Shown: positions 19,668 through 28,488 of the stretch, one piece after another
Numbering within the stretch: the first letter of the stretch is position 1
Layout: each line of letters begins with the position of its first letter
Source of the DNA: an uncultured Chloroflexia bacterium
GTDB taxonomy: Bacteria > Chloroflexota > Limnocylindria > QHBO01
DNA length: 64,000 nucleotides
Assembly (NCBI GenBank): GCA_963825525.1
Contig: CAWGTN010000002.1
Span: 1,216,001-1,280,000 of the forward strand
Direction of reading: 5' to 3'
Program-made: the position numbers and the translations under genes
Notes under the pieces: generated by a model
Seen by the model: only the letters and a program-made list of their open reading frames with translations
Told to the model about the DNA's origin: nothing
Databases searched by the model: none

Positions 19668-21548
19668 CTACTCCCCGACCGCGAAGATTCGGTACTCCTC
19701 GTTCTCGAACGCGATCGGGTAGCGAGACGCAAAGCCCTCGAGGTTCGCGCCGAGCTCACGCACCTCCCATGGCCCGATCTCGACGTAGTCGACCCCGTAC
19801 CGATCGATGAGCTCCTCGGCATTGGGCTCGAGCCGCATGATGCTGCGCAGATCGGCCTCCTGCCGGCTCGAGTCGAGCCCGATGCTGCGGAGCCACGGCG
19901 CGTAGCTGGCGATCACGCGTCGGCCCGCAAGCATCGGAATCGGATCGGAGTGCTCGAGGCCCGCGGCGAACACCGCCTGCGGGTCCGTCGCGGTCCGCGC
20001 CCACTCGGCCAGCTCGAGATCCACTGGCCGATTCATCTGGATCCGGTCGAAGCCGGCTGCCTGGCCGTAGTTCGTGAGAACGCCCGAGCCCACCATCGTT
20101 GCCACGGCGAGGACGATGAGGGAACGGCTGAGCAGATCGCGCTGGAGCCGCCAGATCGCGACCAGGGTGGCCGCGGAAAGGATTGCCAGCGCCAGAAAGA
20201 AGAAGAGCAAGACCTTGGAGTTGTCCCACTTGAAGACGGAGAGAATGAACGTGTTCGCCACAACGAAAATCGGCATGAAGGCGAACAGGAGCCGCCGCGA
20301 ATCAGCGGGTAGCACCGTTCGAGCCAGCAGGCCAACGGCACCGAGCGGCAGGAACAGCCCGAGATTCTTGACCCAGAACCACGGCCACGGGTCGTCTCCG
20401 GTCAGCCAGCCGGGATCCCAGCGCAATCCACTGCTCGAACGGGCTTCGCCCCCCTGGACGCCGAACAGAAACGCGCCGCCGATCACGATCCAGACAGCGA
20501 AGAACGCGAACCAACCGCGCCGGGGGAAGGCGAGAACCAGGAATGGAGTGATCAACGCCAGGGCTGCGAAGCTTCCGAGGTGCGCAAGGGGAAGGACCCC
20601 CGCCACCACGCCGGCGACGACGTAGGGTCGCCAGTCGTTCGAGCGCGTCGCGTCGAGAAGGATCGAGAGGATGAGCATGACCAGCGGAATGCCATACATC
20701 GCGGCCCGCTGGGACATGATCAACGCGAAGTAGGGATTGAACCACCAGAAGTTGGCGTCCTGCTGGGCCTGGTAGTCCCACGGATTCGCACCGAGGGCTG
20801 CGATCGGACCTCCCCCGGACGGGTCGAACAGCAGGAGCCACCCGAGGCTGCCACCCACAAGGAACAGCACGAGGCTCAGCACGGCAATCATCCGATCGCC
20901 GGTCAGGCGAAGCGCGAAGGCATAGATGGCCAGGACGAGAATGACGGAGTAGACGAAGCTCTGGAGGGGCAGGGCCGCCGTGGCGTCCATGCCGAGCACG
21001 ACCATCCCGGCGGCCGTCAGGGAGATCAGGTAGTGATACGCGAGTGGGGCGTCTGCGAGTCGGGGATGCGTCGGGGGGAAGTTGTCTCCGTAGGCGAATG
21101 CCGTGGTATCACCGAGGTGAACGCTCCAGTCGCCCCACACGTAGACGTGTCCGGCGATCAACCCGTCGTCGCCGATCGTGAGCATGCCGGACCACATGAG
21201 TGCAAGGCGGCCGACCATGAGGCCGATGACGACGAGCACCCAGGTGCCATGCCGCGCATGGACCCGCGCGGCCACCCGCCGAACTCTGGCGGACAAGCCG
21301 CCGATGGGGACGGATGGCGCATAGAGCGCTGATCCCACCAGGCAGAAGATGGTCACCGCGATGACCGCGGGGAGCAGCCCGATCGGCCCGGCAAGACCCA
21401 GGATGAGGACGGTCCCGAGGACGGTCCCGAGGACCGATCCGTACACCATGGTCTCGAGCGCCGACAGCTGCGGCACGGCCTGGCGCAGCAGCGCGATCCC
21501 CAGGGCGCACAAGGACGCCAGAAAACCGAGAGCCAGCAGCACGCTCAT
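19668..21548 (-). CDS. Polytopic membrane protein, probable GT-C fold glycosyltransferase
   Basis: Many TM helices; first-loop WGDWSVH and LAYHY; C-terminal soluble domain ending YGVDYV; GAGGAG RBS. Confidence 0.65.
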   Translation of the reverse strand: MSVLLALGFLASLCALGIALLRQAVPQLSALETMVYGSVLGTVLGTVLILGLAGPIGLLPAVIAVTIFCLVGSALYAPSVPIGGLSARVRRVAARVHARHGTWVLVVIGLMVGRLALMWSGMLTIGDDGLIAGHVYVWGDWSVHLGDTTAFAYGDNFPPTHPRLADAPLAYHYLISLTAAGMVVLGMDATAALPLQSFVYSVILVLAIYAFALRLTGDRMIAVLSLVLFLVGGSLGWLLLFDPSGGGPIAALGANPWDYQAQQDANFWWFNPYFALIMSQRAAMYGIPLVMLILSILLDATRSNDWRPYVVAGVVAGVLPLAHLGSFAALALITPFLVLAFPRRGWFAFFAVWIVIGGAFLFGVQGGEARSSSGLRWDPGWLTGDDPWPWFWVKNLGLFLPLGAVGLLARTVLPADSRRLLFAFMPIFVVANTFILSVFKWDNSKVLLFFFLALAILSAATLVAIWRLQRDLLSRSLIVLAVATMVGSGVLTNYGQAAGFDRIQMNRPVDLELAEWARTATDPQAVFAAGLEHSDPIPMLAGRRVIASYAPWLRSIGLDSSRQEADLRSIMRLEPNAEELIDRYGVDYVEIGPWEVRELGANLEGFASRYPIAFENEEYRIFAVGE

Positions 21549-21557
21549 GGTGCTCCT

Positions 21558-21686
21558 CGCGACCCCCCGTACCTCGGTACCGGGCCCGCATGTTGCCTCT
21601 CGGCACCGCATAAGGACCTCAGACCCATCGGAACCACTCCGGAGTGCACTTTTCTGCCCCGCGACCCCCTTACCAAAGTACCGGGC
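21558..21686. promoter_or_regulatory. Two direct copies of CGCGACCCCC..TACC-N3-GTACCGGGC (operator copies 3 and 4) in a divergent promoter region
   Basis: cgcgaccccccgtacctcggtaccgggc from 21558 and cgcgacccccttaccaaagtaccgggc from 21660; -10 TATACT at 21694-21699. Confidence 0.55.
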
Positions 21687-21791
21687 GCCGTCCTATACTC
21701 CCCTTTCCGACTGGTGGCCGGTTCTACCGGCGTTTGAGACTCAAGGGGAAGTCGGACGGAGCCCAGAGGGGCAAGGAAGGGAATCATCATC

Positions 21792-22887
21792 GTGGGTACC
21801 ATGTTCCACCGGTCGACGGGACGTACAGCGTTCGGCATTCTGGCCACACTCGGCCTGGTGTTTTCGCTGTTTGCGCTCGCGGCCCCCGTGTTCGCGGACG
21901 GGGACGACAGTCCCGCGGCCTGCGACACCGCCATCAACGTTGACGCCGAGGACGCCGGCCAGAGCGAGGACGAAGTCTCGTACGAGGCTGCCTCGGGCGA
22001 GATCGTCACCGGCCTCTGCATCAAGTCCGGCAATGATGCGTTCGGCCCGGACAATAAGCACAGCGACCTGATCACCGCTGACGGGACGGTCGGCTTCGGC
22101 TGCTACACCGTCACCGGCATTGGCACGGACAGCGTCAGTGTCACGAAGCTCGACAGTGACAACTGCCATGGCATCAGTCACATCGACGTCGTGACCGGCC
22201 CTGGCGAGTCACCTGAGGAGTCCGTCGAGGCTTCACCCGAGGAGAGCCCTGAGGCTTCCCCCGAGGAGTCGCCCGAAGTGAGCCCTGAGGAGTCCGTCGA
22301 GGCTTCACCCGAGGAGAGCCCTGAGGCTTCCCCCGAGGAGTCGCCCGAAGTGAGCCCTGAGGAGTCCGTCGAGGCTTCACCCGAGGAGAGCCCTGAGGCT
22401 TCCCCCGAGGAGTCGCCCGAAGTGAGCCCCGAGGAGTCCGTCGAGGCTTCACCCGAGGAGAGCCCGTGAGGAGTCCGTCGAGGCTTCACCCGAGGAGAGC
22501 CCGGAGGAGTCCGTCGAGGCTTCACCCGAGGAGTCCGTCGAGGCCTCACCCGAGGAGAGCCCGGAGGAGTCCGTCGAGGCTTCACCCGAGGAGAGCCCGG
22601 AGGAGTCCGTCGAGGCTTCACCTGAGGAGAGCCCGGAGGAGTCCGTCGAGGCTTCACCCGAGGAGAGCCCGGAGGAGTCCGTCGAGGCTTCACCCGAGCA
22701 GAGCCCGCGTGAGAGCGTTGCCGGTGGCAACCCGACCCCGACGCCTGGTGGCGGGACCGTTCCGGACACCGCGCTCGGCTCAGAGGGCATCCCCGCCTGG
22801 CCGCTGGCCCTGCTGACGATGCTTTCGTTCGGTGGCCTGATCTACCTCCGCCTCACCGCGGAGACCGAGCTGGAGCGCAACCGGTAG
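21792..22887 (+). CDS. Cell-surface protein 2: Cys-containing head, long EESP/EASP stalk, VPDTA anchor (+1 frameshift at about 22467)
   Basis: Signal peptide; after the extra base the repeat frame continues to SPRESVAGGNPTPTPGGGTVPDTALG-TM-ERNR*. Confidence 0.8.
22205..22710 (+). repeat. Hierarchical 12/36/72-bp tandem repeat encoding EESV/EASP/EESP/EVSP
   Basis: About three 72-bp units, then 36-bp units gaggagtccgtcgaggcttcacccgaggagagcccg. Confidence 0.95.
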
Positions 22888-22996
22888 GTAGCGCGCCAAC
22901 AGACCTGGGGTGCTAGCGGGCCAGACCCGCCGATCACCAGCCCCCCTGGCAGGAACGGAGTAGAGGTTCGTCCTCTACTCCGTTTTCTGATATCTG
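22798..22996 (+). repeat. 199-bp duplicated anchor + 3'UTR + terminator cassette, copy A
   Basis: Matches 24270-24468 with one mismatch. Confidence 0.95.
22954..22986 (+). terminator. Intrinsic terminator
   Basis: aacggagtagagg-ttcgt-cctctactccgtt followed by TT. Confidence 0.85.
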
Positions 22997-23004
22997 AGCC
23001 AACA

Positions 23005-23018
23005 CGGACCGTGGTACC
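23005..23018. promoter_or_regulatory. Candidate operator, copy 5
   Basis: CGGACCGTGGTACC; a further GGTACC at 23107. Confidence 0.4.
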
Positions 23019-23204
23019 AGGACCGTCGGTGCGTGGCGTCAACGACGATTTCATCACCTCACCACACCAGACCTCCGCGGTCTCATCTGGAGCCCACGGG
23101 GGAGGGGGTACCAATGGGGGATGACAGGTCCTAGTGTCCAATCCATGCCTCGCGATGATCGCGGGGAACAAGCGAGCCAGAGGGGCTTGGAAGGGGACAC
23201 ACTC

Positions 23205-24359
23205 GTGGAACACCTGTTCGTAAGATCGACGGCACGAACAGCGCTCGGCATCCTGGCCGCTCTCGGCCTGACCTTGTCGCTGTTCACCATGGTCGCACCG
23301 GTCATGGCCGGTGCGCCGGGCAACAACGGCACCGTGAAGGTTCACGACGGCGCCACCGATGAGGAGCCGATCGTCGCCAATGAACCGCACGTCTGCACAT
23401 TCCATCTCCACTTCTTCTTCGGCGATGACGTCCAGTCCGGCGACTGGTGGATTGAGTCCTGGCCGCCGACCGGCGACGGGACGGTCGTTCTCGACGGCAG
23501 CTATGACGCAACGGGCGGCGAGGATCGCCAGCCCGGCGACAGCGATGATCCGAACGTCTACAGCCTTGCCGATGGGCACTACAAGCTCTTTTGGGAAGGG
23601 GCCGTAAATCCCGGGGGCCAGCTTGAAATCAAGCACAAGGTCTTCTGGGTGGGATGCGCCCCCGAGGAGAGCCCCGAGGAGAGCCCTGAGGCTTCACCCG
23701 AGGAGAGCCCTGAGGCTTCACCCGGAGGAAGAGCCCTCGAGGCTTCACCCGAGGAGAGCCCGGAAGAGTCCGTCGAGGCTTCACCCGAAGTGAGCCCGGA
23801 AGAGTCCGTCGAGGCTTCACCCGAAGTGAGCCCGGAAGAGTCCGTCGAGGCTTCACCCGAGGAGTCACCGAACGACAAGATCGTGATTTGCCACGCAGCG
23901 GGCCTGGATGGCACCACGAAGTACGTCGAGCTTGAACTCCCCTACAACGCGGTGTACGGACAAGGCGGACACTTCAACGAGAATGGAACGACTCAGGCGG
24001 GACACGAGGACGATTACCTCGGTCCGTGCGAGCCCGAGGCTTCGCCCGAGGAGTCACCAGAGGAGTCACCAGAGGCTTCGCCCGAGGAGTCACCCGAGGA
24101 GTCACCAGAGGCTTCGCCCGAGGAGTCACCGGAGATGAGCCCCGAGGAGAGCCCTGAGGCTTCACCCGAGCAGAGCCCGCGTGAGAGCACTGCCGGTGGC
24201 AACCCGACCCCGACGCCCGGTGGCGGGACAATCCCCGACACGGCGTTTGGCTCCGAGAGCGTCCCGACGTGGCCGCTGGCCCTGCTGATGATGCTTTCGT
24301 TCGGTGGCCTGATCTACCTCCGCCTCACCGCGGAGACCGAGCTGGAGCGCAACCGGTAG
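23205..24359 (+). CDS. Cell-surface protein 3: two His/Cys-rich head domains, EESP stalks, IPDTA anchor
   Basis: GGAAGGGG RBS then GTG; signal peptide; GNNGTVKVH...KHKVFWVGC; KIVICH...GHEDDYLGPC; TIPDTAFG-TM-ERNR. Confidence 0.85.
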   Translation: MEHLFVRSTARTALGILAALGLTLSLFTMVAPVMAGAPGNNGTVKVHDGATDEEPIVANEPHVCTFHLHFFFGDDVQSGDWWIESWPPTGDGTVVLDGSYDATGGEDRQPGDSDDPNVYSLADGHYKLFWEGAVNPGGQLEIKHKVFWVGCAPEESPEESPEASPEESPEASPGGRALEASPEESPEESVEASPEVSPEESVEASPEVSPEESVEASPEESPNDKIVICHAAGLDGTTKYVELELPYNAVYGQGGHFNENGTTQAGHEDDYLGPCEPEASPEESPEESPEASPEESPEESPEASPEESPEMSPEESPEASPEQSPRESTAGGNPTPTPGGGTIPDTAFGSESVPTWPLALLMMLSFGGLIYLRLTAETELERNR

Positions 24360-24468
24360 GTAGCGCGCCAACAGACCTGGGGTGCTAGCGGGCCAGACCC
24401 GCCGATCACCAGCCCCCCTGGCAGGAACGGAGTAGAGGTTCGTCCTCTACTCCGTTTTCTGATATCTG
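24270..24468 (+). repeat. 199-bp duplicated cassette, copy B (contains terminator 24426-24458)
   Basis: Matches 22798-22996. Confidence 0.95.
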
Positions 24469-24485
24469 GATGAACGGCACGGCGC

Positions 24486-25475
24486 TCACTCGGATGATGG
24501 GCTGCCCTTGGGAGTCGGGTGGGCGTTATCGTGTGGGGGATCCTGCGACGGCGCCGCGCCGCCGGAGTCTCCGCCCTGATTCTTGGATCCGCCCCGGTCG
24601 CTGTCGTTGCCGTTGCCACCCGAACCGCCCTGGTTGTTGCCGCTGGGATTCCCGGAACTGTTGTCACCCGGGCCGGTCCCACCTGCGCCACCTGCGCCAC
24701 CTGCGCCACCTGCGCCACCTGCGCCACCGGCGCCACCTGCGGAACTGTTGCCATCCAATCCCGGGCCGCCCCCCTGACCCGAGCCGTTGCCGCCCGAGCC
24801 GTTGGTTCCGGAGCCGGCCCCGCCGGGACTCGTCGTCGCCGGGGGTTCGCCGGCGCCGGGCCTGCTGGTCAGCTCGTCCCAGGACCGCCGGATCGCGGCC
24901 TGGGCCTGCGCGGGCAGCCGATTGATGAGCTCGTCCAGGACCTGGAGCTGATGCGCGACGCCGTCGCCGCCTTGTCCGGAATCGGCAAGGCGCTCGATCT
25001 CGCGTTTCACCACCGGTCCCATCGCCACGGCATCGTCCAGCCTGCCAGCGTCGACCAGGCGCGACATCTCCTCCAGTCGCTCCCCCACCACGATCGCCAC
25101 GAGCATGGGCTGCAGCTCCGCCGGAGCCACCGTGAAGCGCAGCTCCTCGACACGGAGCTTCACGCCGTAGAGAGCGTCGCCGGGCAACGCCTCCTGCGAG
25201 ACACCCAGAACAGCCGCCGCGCTCATCGCCAGCGCGACGCTGGCGAACAGTGACGCCCGACCGAGCCTCCCCATTCGGCTCTGCCGTCCGGACGAGAGTT
25301 CGCGGACGTCGTGTCGCTCGCGAGAAGCGACAAAGTGATTGATGGTGTGACTCCGCAACCGACGGCGGAAGAGCGGATCGGGAAGCAGCTCACCGCGAAG
25401 ACGTGCGAAGTGGCGCTCAAGCGCCGCATCGGTCTCGGGGGCGTCCGAGTCCACGAGACGTGAGCATCGGCTCAT
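24486..25475 (-). CDS. Anti-sigma factor with DUF5667-like domain (RsbN-like) and Gly-rich tail
   Basis: TM helix then ALPGDALYGVKLRVE and ERLEE; ATGA-coupled to the ECF sigma gene. Confidence 0.8.
   Translation of the reverse strand: MSRCSRLVDSDAPETDAALERHFARLRGELLPDPLFRRRLRSHTINHFVASRERHDVRELSSGRQSRMGRLGRASLFASVALAMSAAAVLGVSQEALPGDALYGVKLRVEELRFTVAPAELQPMLVAIVVGERLEEMSRLVDAGRLDDAVAMGPVVKREIERLADSGQGGDGVAHQLQVLDELINRLPAQAQAAIRRSWDELTSRPGAGEPPATTSPGGAGSGTNGSGGNGSGQGGGPGLDGNSSAGGAGGAGGAGGAGGAGGAGGTGPGDNSSGNPSGNNQGGSGGNGNDSDRGGSKNQGGDSGGAAPSQDPPHDNAHPTPKGSPSSE
24679..24741 (-). repeat. 9-bp repeat, 7 copies, encoding (AGG)n
   Basis: ccacctgcg units on the + strand. Confidence 0.9.
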
Positions 25476-26101
25476 GGCGTGCGGTCCTCTCGGAGATGGC
25501 GGCGCAGTGACTCGATTGCGCGGAATGTCAGGCCGCGGATGGTGCCGGCCCGGCGTCCCATGATCCGGGCGGCATCATCGGCGGACAGCCCGGCGGCGTA
25601 GCGTAGGGCGATGGCTTCCTGCTGATCGGGCGTCAAGCGCCGGATGGCCGCCCGAAGCTCGCGAAGCTCCTCCTCTTCCAGGCTCCTGGCCTCGAGGCCG
25701 GAGCCGTCGGACGGCTCCGCGATCGACGCGAGGGGCTCGATCGGCCGCTGGCGACGCTGATGGTCGATCACGGCGTTGCGCGCGATTCGGTATGCCCAGG
25801 CCGTGAACGGCCGTCCCTGGTGACGATAGCGCGGGAGAGCACCGACGATCCGCTCGAACACCAGCTGTGTCACGTCCTGGGCGTCCTCGCGATGGCGCAC
25901 GCGAACGGCGACGTAGCGATAGATCGGATCGAAGAGAGCGTCGTACAGGCGGCCGACGGCCTCCAGGTCGCCGGCAGTGGCCGCGACCGCGAGCTCGTCA
26001 ACGGTCGGCTCATCGCTGAGATGCGCCGGCACAACCCGTGGCCGGGCATCCGCGTCCACGAGGGTGGATCGCAGGATGGCTTCCAGGGATCGTTCACGCA
26101 T
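25472..26101 (-). CDS. ECF sigma factor (BldN-like)
   Basis: GDLEAVGRLYD, AQDVTQLVF, AWAYRIARNAVID, LTPDQQEAIALRY. Confidence 0.9.
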   Translation of the reverse strand: MRERSLEAILRSTLVDADARPRVVPAHLSDEPTVDELAVAATAGDLEAVGRLYDALFDPIYRYVAVRVRHREDAQDVTQLVFERIVGALPRYRHQGRPFTAWAYRIARNAVIDHQRRQRPIEPLASIAEPSDGSGLEARSLEEEELRELRAAIRRLTPDQQEAIALRYAAGLSADDAARIMGRRAGTIRGLTFRAIESLRRHLREDRTP

Positions 26102-26196
26102 CGGGCAGCACGCTTGAAACGGGAGAGTTCGGCAACCCTAGCATCGGATTTGGGACAACGGTGCCACCTCGGTGCCTGCGGGCACCGAGACCTGCC

Positions 26197-27405
26197 TCAG
26201 ATGATGGCGAGCTCGCGCCCCACACGCTCGAAGACGTCGAGGCAGGTGTCCAGTTCTTCGCGCGAGTGCTCGGCGGTGACGATCGTGCGGACCCGGCTCT
26301 TCTCCTCGGGGACGGTCGGGAAGCCGATGCCCATGGCGAACACGCCCTCCTCGAAGAGCCGATCGCTGAACCGATGGGCCAGCGCGCCGGCACCCACGAT
26401 GACCGGGGTGATGGGTGTCTCGCTGTGGCCGGTGTCGAATCCGAGCCTCTCGAGCCCCGCCTTGAAATGGCGGGCGTTGTCCCACAGGCGGTCGATCAGC
26501 TCCGGCTCGGTCTCGAGGACGTCGATCGCGGCCAGGCACGCGGCCGCAACTGCCGGTGGATGCGATGTCGAGAAGAGGAATGGGCGGGCCCGATGCTCCA
26601 GGACCGTGCGCAGCGAAGCCGGTCCGGCAACGTAGCCGCCCAGCACGCCAATCGCCTTCGAGAGCGTCCCGACCTGCACGTGGACGCGGCCGTGGAGCTC
26701 GAAATGGTCCACCGTTCCGCGACCATTGCGGCCGAGGACGCCGGAGGCGTGGGCGTCGTCGACCATGACGACCGCATCGGCCTCGTCCGCGGCGTCGACG
26801 ATCTCGGGCAGCTTCGCAATGTCGCCGTCCATGCTGAACACGCCGTCGGTGATGACCAGGATCGTTCGGCCGGCGTCACCCTTCCGAATCTCGCGCAGCG
26901 TGTCGCGGAGCGCATCGGTGTCGGCGTGCGGGAAGATCTTGCGCTCGGCCTTGGTGAGCCGGATGCCGTCGATGATGCTGGCGTGGTTCAGCGCGTCGCT
27001 GACGATGACCGCGCCCTCCGGAGCGAGGATCGGAATCACGCCGGTGTTGGCGGTGAAGCCCGACTGGAAGGTGAGGACCGCTTCCGTGTGCTTGAAGGTG
27101 GCCAGGCGCTGCTCGAGCTCCTCATGGAGGCTCATCGTGCCGGCAATCGTGCGGACGGCGCCCGACCCGGCACCATAGCGCTCGACCGCGTCGAGGGCCG
27201 CCTGTCGCAGCCTGGGGTGCGTGTTCAGGCCCAGGTAGTTGTTGCTGCTGAGCGTGATGACCTCGCGTCCGTCGATGACGCATCGGCTCTTCTGCTCGCT
27301 CTCGACGACCCGCAGGCGTCGGTAGAGACCCTTGGCCTTCAGGTCCTCGATCTCGGCATCCAGGAATGCGAGCGGATGGTGCGCTCGGGCGGGTGCATCG
27401 GTCAT
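26197..27405 (-). CDS. kbl: Glycine C-acetyltransferase (2-amino-3-ketobutyrate CoA ligase)
   Basis: [35 protein letters not shown]; adjacent to tdh. Confidence 0.9.
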   Translation of the reverse strand: MTDAPARAHHPLAFLDAEIEDLKAKGLYRRLRVVESEQKSRCVIDGREVITLSSNNYLGLNTHPRLRQAALDAVERYGAGSGAVRTIAGTMSLHEELEQRLATFKHTEAVLTFQSGFTANTGVIPILAPEGAVIVSDALNHASIIDGIRLTKAERKIFPHADTDALRDTLREIRKGDAGRTILVITDGVFSMDGDIAKLPEIVDAADEADAVVMVDDAHASGVLGRNGRGTVDHFELHGRVHVQVGTLSKAIGVLGGYVAGPASLRTVLEHRARPFLFSTSHPPAVAAACLAAIDVLETEPELIDRLWDNARHFKAGLERLGFDTGHSETPITPVIVGAGALAHRFSDRLFEEGVFAMGIGFPTVPEEKSRVRTIVTAEHSREELDTCLDVFERVGRELAII

Positions 27406-27435
27406 GCGGCAAGTCTACCCGCGGCCCGCGACCGC

Positions 27436-28488
27436 TTACGGCAGGAGAACGACCTTTCCGGCGTGGCGCGAGGCGATGAGGTCGAAGGCAGCCGGCCACT
27501 CGGCGAGGTCGAGCCGATGAGTGATGATGGGTGACACGTCGAGCGCGCCGGAGCGGAGCAGGGCCTGGGTCCGCTCCCACGTGTCGTAGATCCGCCGTCC
27601 GTAGATCCCGTGCATGCGGATGCCCTTCATGATCACGAGTTCGGACAACTCGACCGGGACGGCTTCGCTGAAGATCCCGAGGAGGCTGACCCGACCTCCG
27701 CGCGTTGTCATGCGGAGTGCCTGCTCGAGGGCCTGCGGTGCGCCGCTCATCTCGAGCACGACCTCGACGCCGTCGCCCCCGGTGGCTTCCTCGACCCGCT
27801 GCTCGGCGTCGGCCGTCGATGCGTCGATGGCGAGGTCGGCGCCCATCGCACGTGCGAGGTCGAGCCGATATGGCTCGGTGTCGGTGGCGATCACCACGGA
27901 AGCGCCGGCGGCCCTGGCGATCCCGACCGCGCACAGCCCGATCGGTCCGCAGCCGGTCACGAGCACCGATTTGCCCTCGATCGGCTCAACGAACGCGGCG
28001 TGCACGGCGTTGCCCATCGGCTCCTGGAGAGCAACCACCGCCGGGTCGAGCCCGTTCGACTCGATGGCGTTCGTTTCCGGGATCACGACGTGTTCGGCGA
28101 ACCCTCCGTCGGTGTGGACGCCGATGACTCGCAGGTTGCGGCACAGGTGCTCGTCGCCCCGACGACACTGCGCACACGTCCAGTCGACGAGGTGCGACTC
28201 AACGCCGACGAGGTCACCCTCCTTCACCCGGCTCACGCCGCTGCCTGCGGCGGCCACGGTGCCGGCCAGCTCGTGACCGAGGATCCGCGGAGGCACGAGG
28301 TTCTCGGCGGCCCAGTCGTCCCATGTGAAGAGGTGATGGTCGGTGCCGCAGATGCTCGCGGCCTCGACGCGCAGCAGGACCTCGCCAGGGCCCGGATCGG
28401 GGACCGGCCGCTCGATGAGCTCGAGGCCGGGGCCGGGCGCGGTCTTGGCCAGCGCACGCATGGTCGGCCGAGTGCCGGCAGCGGTCAT
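27436..28488 (-). CDS. tdh: L-threonine 3-dehydrogenase
   Basis: SICGTD, GHE, VESH, EPMGNAVH, GCGPIG, LEMSG, GIYGR. Confidence 0.9.
   Translation of the reverse strand: MTAAGTRPTMRALAKTAPGPGLELIERPVPDPGPGEVLLRVEAASICGTDHHLFTWDDWAAENLVPPRILGHELAGTVAAAGSGVSRVKEGDLVGVESHLVDWTCAQCRRGDEHLCRNLRVIGVHTDGGFAEHVVIPETNAIESNGLDPAVVALQEPMGNAVHAAFVEPIEGKSVLVTGCGPIGLCAVGIARAAGASVVIATDTEPYRLDLARAMGADLAIDASTADAEQRVEEATGGDGVEVVLEMSGAPQALEQALRMTTRGGRVSLLGIFSEAVPVELSELVIMKGIRMHGIYGRRIYDTWERTQALLRSGALDVSPIITHRLDLAEWPAAFDLIASRHAGKVVLLP

Noticed and set aside
22205-22710. Regular repeat array resembling CRISPR
   Set aside because: No unique spacers, unit lengths are multiples of 3, it encodes an in-frame protein stalk, and there are no cas genes
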